Positions 23,057 through 34,978 of a stretch of DNA of 64,000 nucleotides are shown here, in pieces; within the stretch, counting starts at the first letter, position 1, and each line of letters opens with the position of its first letter. The notes under the pieces are model-generated. The model worked only from the letters and a program-made list of their open reading frames with translations. It ran no database searches and was not told the origin of the DNA. Source of the DNA: Eremomyces bilateralis CBS 781.70 (Eukaryota); NCBI GenBank assembly GCA_010015585.1, contig ML975153.1. The stretch is one strand, 5' to 3'. The translations under genes and the position numbers were made by a program.

Positions 23057-23971
23057 TTATCTCTCTCCAGGGACACCGCTTGTAGTCGGTGGTGTCTCCA
23101 GTTTATTATATATATCGTCAATATCAGCGATCAGAGATTCCACGCTGGAGCCGCGCTCGCACTGTTTCCAAGTGCCATCGTCCCGAACACATCGTATCTC
23201 CTCATTAAGTCGTATCTAAGAAGAGTTAGTCACTAGGAAGACGTCTGCTCCGAAGTCTCGTTGCTTACTGTGCAGCTATATGTCACATTCGCCTCCGCGC
23301 TACGCTCCACGCTTGATCGAAGAAGACCTTTAGTACATGTTAGAACCCGAGCAATCGTTATCAACGCACATCTTACCCATCCCATATGCCCCGTCCTCCT
23401 GGCTCATGCACTCATTCAACCGCTCAAACGACAGCCCGTACTCCAGCGCGCAATCCGCGATCAAGTCGCGGTCGGGAATCAGCTGGTACTGCTTCGATAA
23501 GCACATGGTGAACCCGAGATACCGTTTCGGGTCCGGATACAGGTTCGCGGCGCACAGCTCGACGATGTTCCCCAGGCATTCGGTTTCGCCATGCATACAC
23601 TCAATCCCATCGTTGTGGTTGGTGGGGGTGCCGATGTACGAGAGTTGGAAATCGACTCTGTTGGAGACTTGCGCCATGGCTGGTAGCACGAGATATTCGA
23701 GGCAGTCTCGAGCATCGGGGCATTTCGACCTGGCGATTTGTCAGACGGACCCCTCCGCACACTCTTGGGTTCTTTCTCCTTACATTATGTGTGCCTCCAG
23801 CGGCACCTTCGGCACCTCGACATGTGTAGACGACCAGGTGTAATCCGCCCAGGACTCGTCGGCCGGTCTCAGAGTCCAGAAGAAAAAGACGCACAACAGC
23901 AACGCCAACAGCAAAAAGCGCGCTTTCGATATCTGCAGCAGACTCGTAGCGAATGTGGCTGGCGGCGCCAT
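23057..23971 (-). CDS. GILT (gamma-interferon-inducible lysosomal thiol reductase)-like protein
   Basis: An N-terminal hydrophobic anchor is followed by VPLEAHIMSKCPDARDC, CMHGETECLGNIVELCA, LIADCALEYGL and VTYSCT-IRLNEEIRCVRDDGTWKQC. Three introns; TAA at 23059-23057. Confidence 0.88.
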
Positions 23972-24435
23972 GTCGAGGGGTTCTCGTCGAAGAACTCCGC
24001 GTATATAAAGTTCCGTCTCTCCACCAGATCCGCTCCGTTGAGGAGTTGCGTTATCGGAACATGTAAGGCATCGACGACGGAAGGAGATACTTCGCCCACG
24101 ACAATGGAGAGACGTTTGGGAAAGGACTGCGGAGATTAAGTGAAGGGACGGAACGCTTAATCATAGTCGGGAGACCGGGCCACGCGATCGGCGGGAACAC
24201 GGGTGAGCTGCTGAGCAGAGGGGTTGAGCAACTGGTCAGAGCTCCATGTCACGACTGGAACCGATCAACGTCACTCGACCTTCAATGGGAAATGAGAATC
24301 CATCGGACGTGTCTCCCTTGTGTTTCTGTCAAGACATGCGCGAAATGAGCTTCTCTAGAAGTCTCTTCACCAAAGGATTTCCAAGGGGCTAGATACAACA
24401 AACGTGATAGTCCGACCCGCAGCTCCCCACCTACC

Positions 24436-25481
24436 ATGAAGACCATGGACGCGTTCGATATCTTCCAGGCGCCTAAAAGCAGTTGTGACGAGTTTGCCAG
24501 TCCAAATATCCCAAACTTCATTCTCTCAGTGTGAGTTATACGGGGAAAGATCACGCTAGAACCGGTCGCTGATGTGAGACCGTAGAACCGTCCTTGTGGG
24601 CATCTTGATATCGTACCTCCCCCAACATGTCCGAATCGTTTCGCGGCGCTCCTCCGAGGGGCTGTCACCATACTTTGTGATGCTGGGGACGATATCTGCA
24701 TCGTGTGCACTTGGCAATATTCTAGTCTTACCAGCGAGTCAAAATGCGGTTTCTTGCTGTAGTGCCATCGGCGGCCTTGCTTGCGCCTCAGCACTGCTGG
24801 GCATTGCGCAAATAGCAATCCAATGGTGCTGTTTCTTCGTGATGTATATCCCCCAACGCCCGGATTTCAGGCTTGGAGTCTTAGCTGACCGCTCAAAGCA
24901 TGCTCCTCTTCATCATCTTCTTCCCGAAAATCGACACCTCTGAAGGGTCCACTCTTGACTCCCCTTTCGAAGCTCACCCGCACCGCTGGCAAGATGCCGT
25001 CATAACCGTCGGCGTCGCCATGGGCCACTTCATCATCACCTTCATCATCTCTATCGTCATCTTTGCCCGCTATCCCTCCGCTCTGCAACTCTGGGCCAAC
25101 CTTCTCGGCGGTCTCTCCGCCATCCTCGCCATCATGCAGTACTTCCCGCAGATCTGGACCACCTGGAAGCTCAAAGCCGCGAAAAGCCTGAGTATCCCGA
25201 TGATGCTCATCCAGACCCCCGGAGCCTTCGTCTTCGCTACCAGCTTGGCTCTGAGATATGGTCTGCAAGGGTGGAGCGTGTGGGGGGTGTTCATCGTCAC
25301 GGGATGTCTTCAGGGGTGCTTGCTGGCGATGGCTATCATTTTTGAGCTGCAAAACAGAAGGGATAGTAATGGCCCCCGGGACGCTTCAATGCAATCTGAG
25401 CGGGATCCAAGCGAACGGACACCGTTGCTGGATTCTCCGACTTCACTCGAAAATAGTGGAAGGGCAGTCCGTGGACATTAG
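24436..25481 (+). CDS. PQ-loop repeat membrane protein (putative vacuolar transporter)
   Basis: Two PQ loops: LISYLPQHVRIVSRRSSEGLS and MQYFPQIWTTWKLKAAKSLSIPMMLIQTPG. C-terminal ERTPLL dileucine-type sorting motif. Two introns. Confidence 0.9.
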
Positions 25482-26425
25482 AAGGATGAGAACTCAACCA
25501 AGATTATAAATCTTCTGATCAAGAGCAACACTGACCATATTTCACGTCCAAGATTTTTCTGTGCACTTAAATGCTTTATTTGTTCGCGATGCGAAATTGA
25601 CTTTGACAGATGGCGACACTTGGCATATCCCCTAAATACAAGCACCAGAACACTTGACTAGTGAGGGGATGTTCCACGTCGCAATTTTCCAACTCACTTT
25701 CACCCTCAAAGCCTTGCTATCTCGCATCACAAAGAATGTAGATCAGGATCCAGTCCAAGAAGCGAAACACATCCGAGTTCCTTCTCAACAGTCCAGCGAG
25801 TTACGAACATCGAGAACCCATATTAACATGGTTCCTTAATGGTTCCAGTTCAATATAATTGCAGGACTTACAGTCGGTATAAATGTTGGATTGGTTTTTT
25901 CCGAACATCCATCCTGCAGGCAGATCCAAACACCATAATTATCAATGCTGGCATCTTAGGGTGACTAAATCCCAAAGCTAATCCTTCATTACCTATCACT
26001 TCATTGGCTTCTGTCCTGTGCTTTTGACTCTACTATTTGTTCTTGATATGATTAACACTGTTTCTATATACTGCTATTCTAAGTATTCTATTTTTGTGTC
26101 CATCGTTCTCGATCGCGTTAAGCCCATCCATTATGAATAGGGCACTCCATAGTAGAATTCAAGTCCCTTCCTATTCACTTCGGTCATCCTTATTGTATCG
26201 CATACATCAGTCATGAATAGCCCTGCTATTGAATTAATTATCAAGTCTTGTCAATGGGATTGAAATCCAGTGCACCTCTCGCTCTCACCTTGCCTATATA
26301 AAACTTCCCGCACTCTGTAACTCTTGCAAATCTTTCCCACTGCATCGCACACGCAAAACATCTGTCCAGCATCCAAACCACAAACCACAAACCAACAATC
26401 CCCCTCCTCGAACCAGGATGCAGAC

Positions 26426-26956
26426 ATGATCAATGACGGAGCTGGCTCCCCGTCCTGCCAAGGCGGCACCAGTAATTCTTCCTGTCACTCTAGAATGAAC
26501 CATAGACTAACATGTCCACCCTCAGACCCAGCCCGCACGAAGAAAGACCACGAAGAAGCGTGCACCCCCAATCCAGCCAAGCGCCTCTTCAAGCTGACCC
26601 GCATGGCCAAGGAAATGGGCATCTCCCTCGTCCCGCCTCCCTCGCCCGCGAAGTACACCAAGTCAGTCCGTTCCCCCTCTCGTCCTCCCCCCCTAACTAG
26701 CCCATCCCATTTCGTTCAGACGGGCCTCCGATGCCGGATCCAGGTCGGCCAGCCCCCGCCCGCCCACCTCGACCACTACTCGCCGTGGTTACGGGACGGT
26801 GTGCGCATCGCCGAGGAATCTTTCAAGCGCTCCAAGGCGAGGCGGGTCGCGAAGGAGCGGGGGTTGATCGTGTCGGTTCCGGGCACTGTGACCGATATGC
26901 AGGGGCGGGTGGTGAAGAAGAACTGGAAGGCGAGAGCTTTTCGAGGGCGGCCTTGA
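26426..26956 (+). CDS. Hypothetical basic protein (about 140 aa if two 54-nt in-frame introns are removed)
   Basis: TATATAAA at about 26295 and ATG at 26426. Candidate introns 26472-26525 and 26666-26719 both contain CTAAC. Codon usage is GC-biased. No recognisable family. Confidence 0.5.
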   Translation: MINDGAGSPSCQGGTSNSSCHSRMNHRLTCPPSDPARTKKDHEEACTPNPAKRLFKLTRMAKEMGISLVPPPSPAKYTKSVRSPSRPPPLTSPSHFVQTGLRCRIQVGQPPPAHLDHYSPWLRDGVRIAEESFKRSKARRVAKERGLIVSVPGTVTDMQGRVVKKNWKARAFRGRP

Positions 26957-28498
26957 TTAGGCGCCTGGGGTTGGGGGAAGGGTGGTGGGGAGGAGAGGAG
27001 TCGGGTGGGTGATGGGGTCGGGAGGAAAAGTTATGAAGCGTCAGACCACCTTCCAACTCCCCCAGTATTAAGTTGTTCTATATTCTTACATCGTGAGTGA
27101 CAAAGAAAATCGTAGTATCGAATCACGGCTAGAGTTCCACTGAACGCACCGGGGCTTCGCAATTCGCACCGCTTTATGCAAATTGGCGAAGGCTTATTCT
27201 ATCGAACGTTGTAGATCTTCAGTGATTGGTATATCAGAAGTTTGAAAATACATAACCAATTCACCGGTAACTTTTTGCAATGCTCTGTCCACTCAATTCA
27301 AGTCGACGTCCCGTCAACACCAACACACACACGCCTGTATTCTTCTTAACTTCAACCACGCCTTTAGGCTTAAGCTCCTCCTCTACTCCCCTTTCACACA
27401 GCAATTATCTGTGTCTCATACACATCTACAATCAAACAGAATCAATTTAATACTACACCAAATATCAATCCCGCTTCGGCCTATCAAGCCCTTTTACTCA
27501 AAGGTGCTGCATTGGTGAACGCCAAACCTAGCAGTCTACTTATGGCTACTGAGCCACAAAAGCCTGTAAGTCGAGACTGTCTTGACTTAGTGAAGGTACA
27601 TCTTAAGTCTATGCAGTCAGGAGGGACGGGGTATAGCTAGAGGCATAGTAAGGTGGATAGGGGATAGGCCTGCCATGGCATAGGCGTGTGATGAATCGGG
27701 TATCGCAATGTTTATAGCGGGGAGAGAATGGCTTACAGCACTGGAATACCAATGTTTAAGTAGATCACAGTTGAACAGCCCTGTTGAAACGTACCGATTT
27801 GAAGAGCTAATTAATGATCCTGTCGAATGGACCACAGGAGGTGTGCTTTAGGAAAACGAGACTGGAAGATGTAAGGAGTTAAAGATCCCATACGTTATAT
27901 GCCAGTGCATCGCGACGGTCAAGTCCTGTTACCAGCGCTGCGGTCCCAATCCCATGGCGATACTGCACTTTCCACTAATAGCGTTAATTAATACCGTTGA
28001 TAGCCTTATTTGTTCCGTGCTTGCGGTGTTCTGACTCTAATATAAAATAAAGGCGAAGAGCCATTGCTGTCTGGCTTAGTCATCCGGTCCAACAGACTGT
28101 GAGCCACCAACGTAACCAGGACTGTGCTTCGCTCTGCAATTCTGTACGTAACACGCACAACACAGCAGACTGGCATCAGCTGCGGTGACACACGCAGGAA
28201 CCGACAGGATTGGAGATGATTCCTGTCAAATTCCTGGCAGCCGACCACCCCCAAACCCTAGCCGACAGCCGACTTGTCACACGCGCATCCAAACCTCCAT
28301 CATCGACTTCATGACTGGCTCAGTAAACAGCCTCAGCAAACTGCCCTCTCTCGACCTTGTTTAACAGGCTGACGCGTGGCTGATACACTGCCAGGATGTG
28401 GCACTCTACATGAGCGGATTGGACGTTTCTGATCGGACTCGACTAACCCAGTTGCAGCTTAGACGGAGATCGGTGTGGTGTGTGAATCCGATGATGAT

Positions 28499-28798
28499 GC
28501 GGGGAGGCTGGGGGAGTTGGGACCATCCACATGGATCGGATCGGCCGGACGGACAGCAAATGAGAGAAATGTGAAGATTTCCTGGTCATGCAGTTTGTGC
28601 GAAATGACCACATCGTATGGCCACATCGTAATGGCCACATCGTGGAGTGTCCGGGTGGCTCCATCATCGCTTCTTCACTTTCTGTTTCACTTTCCTTTCC
28701 TTTTATTCTTTCACGGCTGCTTCCCCGCGTTAGAATTCTCCCTTCCATTCCATGTCTTCGATCGATTCGAAAAAGCTGTATGCAACAGATGGCCCCGC
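28499..28798 (+). promoter_or_regulatory. Glucoamylase upstream region with five SYGGRG (CreA/Cre1-type) matches and a 3x CCACATCGT repeat
   Basis: GCGGGG at 28499, CTGGGG at 28508, GTGGAG at 28642, and CCCCGC at 28723 and 28793. CCACATCGT at 28608, 28621 and 28635. Confidence 0.45.
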
Positions 28799-28874
28799 GA
28801 AGACGCCTACTATCGGAGAGCAACTTTCTCACAGTCCAGCATAACACTTCAAGTCTCTCCTTAGCCTGTTCAAG

Positions 28875-30470
28875 ATGATACCCTTACTTTCTTTCATAGT
28901 TTTGACCTACCTCGCGTCCTTCTCCTATGCTCTAGCGATTCCCATCCTAGATCGATTACCATTTAGAGTACAGACCCAACTTGGGCGGATCTTCTCCCCT
29001 GCGTCTAGAACACTTTGCGATCCATACGAGCAATGGATCCAAGACGAGAAGCAGATCGCCTTGGACCGCCTCTTAGCGAATGTCGCTCCCGGTGGCGCGA
29101 ATACGAAATCCGCAGCCCCGGGTACCGTCATTGCGAGCCCATCGACTGAGAACCCGAATTACTATTACCACTGGATTCGAGATGGCGCGATTACTCTCTC
29201 CACCACCGTCCCCTACCTCGACGCCAAATCTTCCCTCTCCTCGCACGTCTTCGACATCTTCGATGCCTACAACCACCTCACCTACCGCCTGCAGCGCACC
29301 ACCAACCCGTCCGGGCGCTTCTACGACCTGAAATCTCTTGGCGAGCCGAAGTTCGAGGTGTCCGGCGAGCCATTCACAGGACCATGGGGTCGACCTCAAC
29401 CGGACGGACCGGCCCTCCGCGCCATAACAATGATGGAGTTTCTGACACAGTACAACCGCACCTACCCGTCCGTGTGGGGTACGGCTGCCGGGGCGGTTTG
29501 GTACCGGACGTTCTATGACCCTCAGATGCCTAGTGCAGTGCCGGACAGCACCGTCAAGGCGGACTTGGAGTACGTTTCGAAGTACTGGGGATCTACCGGA
29601 TTCGATCTGTGGGAAGAAGTGAATGGACGGCATTTCTTCACCGCGATGGTCCAGCTCCGCGCGCTCAGGGATGGCGCCAAACTCGCAGGCGCGTTTGGTG
29701 ATCCAGGAGCTGCATCGTGGTATTCCACGCAGGCGGCGCAGCTTCAAGACTTGATTCACACGTTCTGGGATGAGAAGCGGGGGCACTTGATTAGCATCCA
29801 AGATACTCCGCGTAGCGGTCTGGACTGCAGTATTCTCCTTGGCTCCCTCCATGGCACCTCTCTCGACCAAGAGACCAACACTCCTTTCCCTCCCCACTCC
29901 CCCGAAATCCTCCTTAGCCTCCTTGCCCTTCTTCGCGACCAACGCGCCAGATTCCCCATCAACTCCGTCCCGACTCCCTCCGCCGACGAAGATCCCCTCC
30001 GCGCCGCCGGCATCGGCCGATACCCCGAGGACGCCTACAATGGCTACGAATCCATCCCTGGCGCCGGCAACCCCTGGTTCCTCTGCACCAGCTCCGCCGC
30101 CGAAGTCCTCTACCGCACGCGCCATCAAATCACCCGCCACGGCTCTCTCACCATCACCCAGCGCGGCCTGCCCTTCTGGAATGCCGTTGTCTGGAACGCG
30201 ACCGCGGGCGACCCAGACCTCCAACCGGGCGACTACGGCTGCACGACAGATGCGGGAGGTCCAGCGTGTAAGACGTACGAGCATGTCGTGCAGCGGCTCA
30301 CGCAGGTTGCGGATAACTTCCTCGGCGTGGTGAAGAGGCATTCGGGGGCGCAGGGATCGATGTCGGAGCAGTTCGACAGGGTGACGGGGTATGAGCGAGG
30401 AGCGAGGGACTTGACGTGGAGCTACGGGGCGTTTTTGTCGGCGGTTCGGGCGCGGGAAATTGCTGCATGA
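28875..30470 (+). CDS. Secreted glucoamylase, GH15, intronless, without a starch-binding domain
   Basis: Signal peptide; ASPS..PNYYYHWIRDGA, LGEPKF, WGRPQPDGPALRA, GFDLWEEV (catalytic acid), GRYPEDAY, GNPWFL and MSEQFDR..LTWSY (catalytic base). Confidence 0.95.
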   Translation: MIPLLSFIVLTYLASFSYALAIPILDRLPFRVQTQLGRIFSPASRTLCDPYEQWIQDEKQIALDRLLANVAPGGANTKSAAPGTVIASPSTENPNYYYHWIRDGAITLSTTVPYLDAKSSLSSHVFDIFDAYNHLTYRLQRTTNPSGRFYDLKSLGEPKFEVSGEPFTGPWGRPQPDGPALRAITMMEFLTQYNRTYPSVWGTAAGAVWYRTFYDPQMPSAVPDSTVKADLEYVSKYWGSTGFDLWEEVNGRHFFTAMVQLRALRDGAKLAGAFGDPGAASWYSTQAAQLQDLIHTFWDEKRGHLISIQDTPRSGLDCSILLGSLHGTSLDQETNTPFPPHSPEILLSLLALLRDQRARFPINSVPTPSADEDPLRAAGIGRYPEDAYNGYESIPGAGNPWFLCTSSAAEVLYRTRHQITRHGSLTITQRGLPFWNAVVWNATAGDPDLQPGDYGCTTDAGGPACKTYEHVVQRLTQVADNFLGVVKRHSGAQGSMSEQFDRVTGYERGARDLTWSYGAFLSAVRAREIAA

Positions 30471-30990
30471 TGTCCGTCGGTGGATAACGAACTACACGCA
30501 CACACGACCTGATGATATGATTTATGACACTGCAATTAGATACCTTTGCCTCTGCAGTGGGATACTGGCATTTTTACCTAAGGTTGGAAGAGTCGAATTG
30601 CAAATAGAATTTTTATATTAGATTCGATCCCCCTTCCGATTGTATTTCTCAGTGACCGAATACCGGGAACGCTTGACAAGGAGACGATCGACAGCCGGAC
30701 TAGCAGCGATAAAGCTTGTGAGTAGTGGAGCCATCGTTGCGCTGCGACGTCACTCATCGCACTACCACAGGCTCTCTCTCCATCCCTGTTTATTTGTAAA
30801 GGTGCCCTTACTTGATGTAATCATCAAATCTTCTATTCTGTTCCCAACAACATTTGTATGGGAATAAAGGAGTGTGAGGTGATATACGACGGTCGTTTTG
30901 GTCTCAAATGAACCCTTTTCAATCGCTTTACACCACACGGTCTTCATCTCTTACCCAAGAAACACGCGTGAAACCCATTGACAGCGCGTC

Positions 30991-33253
30991 ATGGAGGTCT
31001 CTGGTACCTCCCGTCTCGTAGGACGAGCCATCGCGAAACTCGGAAGATCGAATGCATATCGGTTGGACGTGTCGCGTGCTCGTCTCCCTCGACGATATGC
31101 GTCCTCAACCACTACCCGTCGATTACATCAAGGACCCTCGTTGAAACCATACGATGGACGGCTTGGATCAACCGTCCGACTCTCTCCATCACACTCACCA
31201 TTTCTCCTCATCCGAAGAACGGCATCTACCAAAGAAACTCCCTCCAAAGATGTCCCAGCCGAAGATGCTGCCGCCAAAGCAGCTACCGCCAAAGAACCCC
31301 CTACCAAACGCCCCCTCTCCCGCTTCTTCTACCGCTCCGTCTTCTACATCGGCTTCCTCGTCGCCAGCGGCGGCGCCCTCGTCCTCGGCTTCTTCATCTT
31401 CGATGCGACCACCTACCGCATGACGCCGCAAACCAGCGAATGCCCCGTCTCGACGCTCGCACTCAACCCACGCATCGGCGGCCCGAAGAACCTCCCCATC
31501 GCCGAGCACCTGCTCGACGACGACGACTCGCCAGAGAAGCGCAACCAGAAGCACAAGCCGAAGCTGGTGATCTTGGGGACGGGGTGGGGGAGCATCGCGC
31601 TGCTGAAGAACTTGAATCCGGACGAGTACCACGTCGTGGTGGTGAGTCCATCGAATCATTTTCTGTTCACGCCGATGTTGCCGAGCGCGACGGTGGGGAC
31701 GCTGGGGTTGCAGAGCTTGGTGGAGCCGGTGCGGAGGATTGTGGCGAGGGTGCATGGGCATTTCATGAAGGGGATGGCTGTAGATGTGGATTTCAGCGCA
31801 AAGTTCGTGGAGATCGAGGGGGATGCGGTGGGGAAGGATGGGAAGAGGGAGCGGTTTTACTTGCCGTACGATAAGCTGGTGGTTGGCGTTGGTGAGTTTG
31901 GGGTCGCATGAGTCGGTATTAGATGGAGGATTGAGCTGACAATCATATTAGGGTCCGTCACGAATCCGCATGGTGTTCCAGGTCTCGAACATTGTCATTT
32001 CCTTAAGGATGTGAGCGATGCGAGACGGGTTCGCAATGCTGTGATCAAGAACCTCGAAGATGCCTGCCTGCCAACCACATCCGACGAGGAGCGAAAACGG
32101 CTCCTCTCCTTCGTCGTCTGCGGCGGCGGTCCGACCGGCGTGGAGTTCGCCGCCGAGCTCTACGATCTACTAAACGAGGACCTCTCCCACTTCTTCCCCC
32201 GCCTCCTCCGCAATGAGATCTCCGTGCACATCATCCAATCCCGCGGCCACATTCTCAACACCTACGACGAAGCGCTCTCCAAGTACGCGGAGCAGCGATT
32301 CAAGCACGATAGCATCGACGTGCAGACCAATTCCCGCGTCAAGGAAGTCTTCTCCGACCGCATCCACTTCACCCAGATCGGTGGCAACGGCGAGGTGGTC
32401 GTCAAGGAAATCCCCATGGGCTTCTGCCTCTGGTCCACCGGCGTCTCCCAAACCGCCCTCTCCCGCTCCCTCGCTGCGAAGCTTTCCGATCAGAAAAACC
32501 GCCACGCCCTCGAAACTGACGCGCACTGCCGCATCATCGGCACGCCCTTGGGTGACGTCTACGCCATTGGCGACTGCGCCACCGTGCAGAACAATGTATC
32601 GGAGCACATCGTATCGTTCCTGCGCACCGTCGCCTGGGAAAAGGGCCAGGATCCCGAGAAAGTACAACTCACGTACAGCGAATGGCGACAGGTGGCCACC
32701 CGCGTGAAGCAGCGCTTCCCCCAGGCGGCCGACCACCTCCGCCGGCTCGACAAGCTGTTCAACCAGTACGACCAGGACCGATCGGGTACGCTGGACTTCG
32801 GCGAGGTGTATGAGCTGCTGAGGCAGATCGACGCGAAGCTGACGAGTCTGCCGGCAACGGCGCAGCGCGCGCACCAGCAGGGGCAGTACCTAGCGCGGAA
32901 GTTCAACAAGATGGCGCAGATGGCGCCGGGGATGGGGGTGAATCAGGTGGAGTACGGGGATCTGGACCAGGCGGTGTACAAGCCGTTCGCGTATCGGCAT
33001 CTGGGCAGCTTGGCGTACATCGGGAACGCGGCGATTTTCGATTGGGGGGGTGGGATGAGTTTTGGAGGAGGGTTGATGGCGGTGTATCTTTGGAGGAGCA
33101 TTTACTTTGCGCAGAGCGTTAGTTTGAGGACGCGGTTGATGTTGGCAATGGATTGGGCGAAGAGGGCCATCTTTGGTCGAGGTGAGTACACAACCTGATT
33201 AGGACTTGTGAAACTTGGATACTGACGAGATGGCAGACATGATGAACTTCTAG
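30991..33253 (+). CDS. Mitochondrial alternative (type II) NADH dehydrogenase with EF-hand, external NDE1-type
   Basis: Arg/Ser-rich presequence; LVILGTGWG (FAD), FLFTPMLPS, VVCGGGPTGVEFAAEL (NADH), EF-hand DQDRSGTLDFGE, LPATAQRAHQQG and GSLAYIGN. Introns 31892-31951 and 33182-33236; ends DMMNF*. Confidence 0.95.
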
Positions 33254-33699
33254 AGCAGGCGATCGAATTGTCAGCAAGTGAAGTATGTAATAGTTATAAA
33301 TGTTAAATGTACAGCTCATATCACCTGTACATCATCTAATGACAATTGTTTAGACTCGTGCCACCGTAGTGTGATGTGATGTAAGATGTTCTCAAGCTGA
33401 TGATAGTGGCTTCGACCTACAGGTTATAGAGTTGGGCTAATCTTGAGCCATTTCCCGGTAGTAAATCGACTGGGTTCTCTTTTTACGACTTGGAATTGAA
33501 AGGTAAGGAGACCCCGGTGCTGTCTTCTTCCATAGTAGCAGGTCCGAGTCTCCCTACAACTTATTCAAAATTGGGATAAGGGGTACATATCTGATCCAAA
33601 GCCGCCCAAACCCCATATATTCATCTTTCCAAGTCCAGATTCAGGATGAGATGACCCAGATCCCATTCCAGCGGCAGTCAAGCTACTAGAGAGACGATC

Positions 33700-34330
33700 C
33701 GGTTCTGACAATGGTTGTTCAGCTTTCTCCGAAGCGATTTATAGTCCGCATGATTCCATCTCGCATCTTCTACCTCCTGGTTAAGTCAAAATCTATGAAC
33801 GTTACATGATTGCCATCAATGAGAGTGTTATGAGGCTGGGGATCGCCATGACTAGGACCAGCCCAGTCAGCTCGTTGTAAGCATCCTTTATGGTACCGCA
33901 TCGAGAGCTTGGAGTCGTTCTTCAGGGGAAAGCTCGTATAATGCTTCTTTTACCTTTTGCTTTCAATAGAACGATGCAGGGCATCCACCTATTGTATGCT
34001 ACTCCATAAAAGTGGGGTTTCCGAGAGCCCTGTAATGGCCATTTGAAAACGAGTCCAAGAGCTTGTCGAGTTTGGTATATTTGACACGCAAGTCGAAGAT
34101 GGACGTATTAGGATAGAACCATTGTCCGATGGCAGAGATGGTCTACAGCCCTAACCGGAATGTCTTCAAACTTTAGCATCCTGTATTTAATTCAGGAGAA
34201 AGCCTTACCATAATATTGACTTCTGCAGGAGAATCCATACCGGCTGCCTGATGATTGTTGACCACGAAAGTTGGGACTTGTTGCAACAGGTGAGACGGCT
34301 TGGGGGTTCTGTTAGCTAAGCTGCGTCCGT
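33700..34330 (-). pseudogene. Frameshifted relic of a fungal protein-kinase-like (APH/RIO-like fold) gene
   Basis: LQGSRKPHFYG..PCIVL begins at 34035 and SHGDPQPHNTLIDGNHVTFIDFDL spans about 33853-33782 (HGDxxxxN..DF catalytic signature). The two lie in different frames with stops between. Intron-like signals lie upstream. Boundaries are approximate. Confidence 0.55.
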
Positions 34331-34978
34331 CAGAACTCGGAATATGAGATACTAATACACAGATTCCGCGGGCTTAAAATATCACCGTTCTGTACGCGCT
34401 GAGGGGGCCAGCCTCTTCTGGTTCATAGTCAGAAGAACGCAAGAGGCAAGGCAGCAGTGGACGTCTATGGAACATGATATCAAACAACTTGACGCCACGC
34501 AAATCCGACATGATCATAAATGATAAAGGCGACTCTGACCGCGTTCTAGTATTAGTAAATGTAGAGGATTCCCTCGCTGGAATTCATATATATAGATATC
34601 TGGTATACCTTATCTGGTGCCGTATATGAGAAACTCGCGGATTCCTACTCTTATGTGACCCCTACCATAATTGTCTCGAGCCTGTGGAATACCTCCGATC
34701 AACTAGAAGGACGAGCATGGAGATCGTAGGAGTAGACAAATAAATAATTTAGGGGGTTAGTCCTGTCAGCGAAAGGTTTAAATATGTTAACTAATGATTT
34801 TGGGAAGTATAAATCCTAATGTTCTCTACGTTTCAGTGAGTGGAGCAGCAGCCCTGAAACTGTGAGTGAAACGTGCACACTGACAACCATCGTTGATCGT
34901 GCGCTCTTAACTTGAGCCATCATCTAATTTTCCATGATGGAAATTGTATTGTTCTAGTATACATCTCAAGAACTAGAA

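Noticed and set aside
29073..30341. Long antisense ORFs over GH15, and similar ones over NUP84, NDE and DBP7
   Set aside because: These are expected shadows of GC-rich codon usage, with no recognisable protein features.
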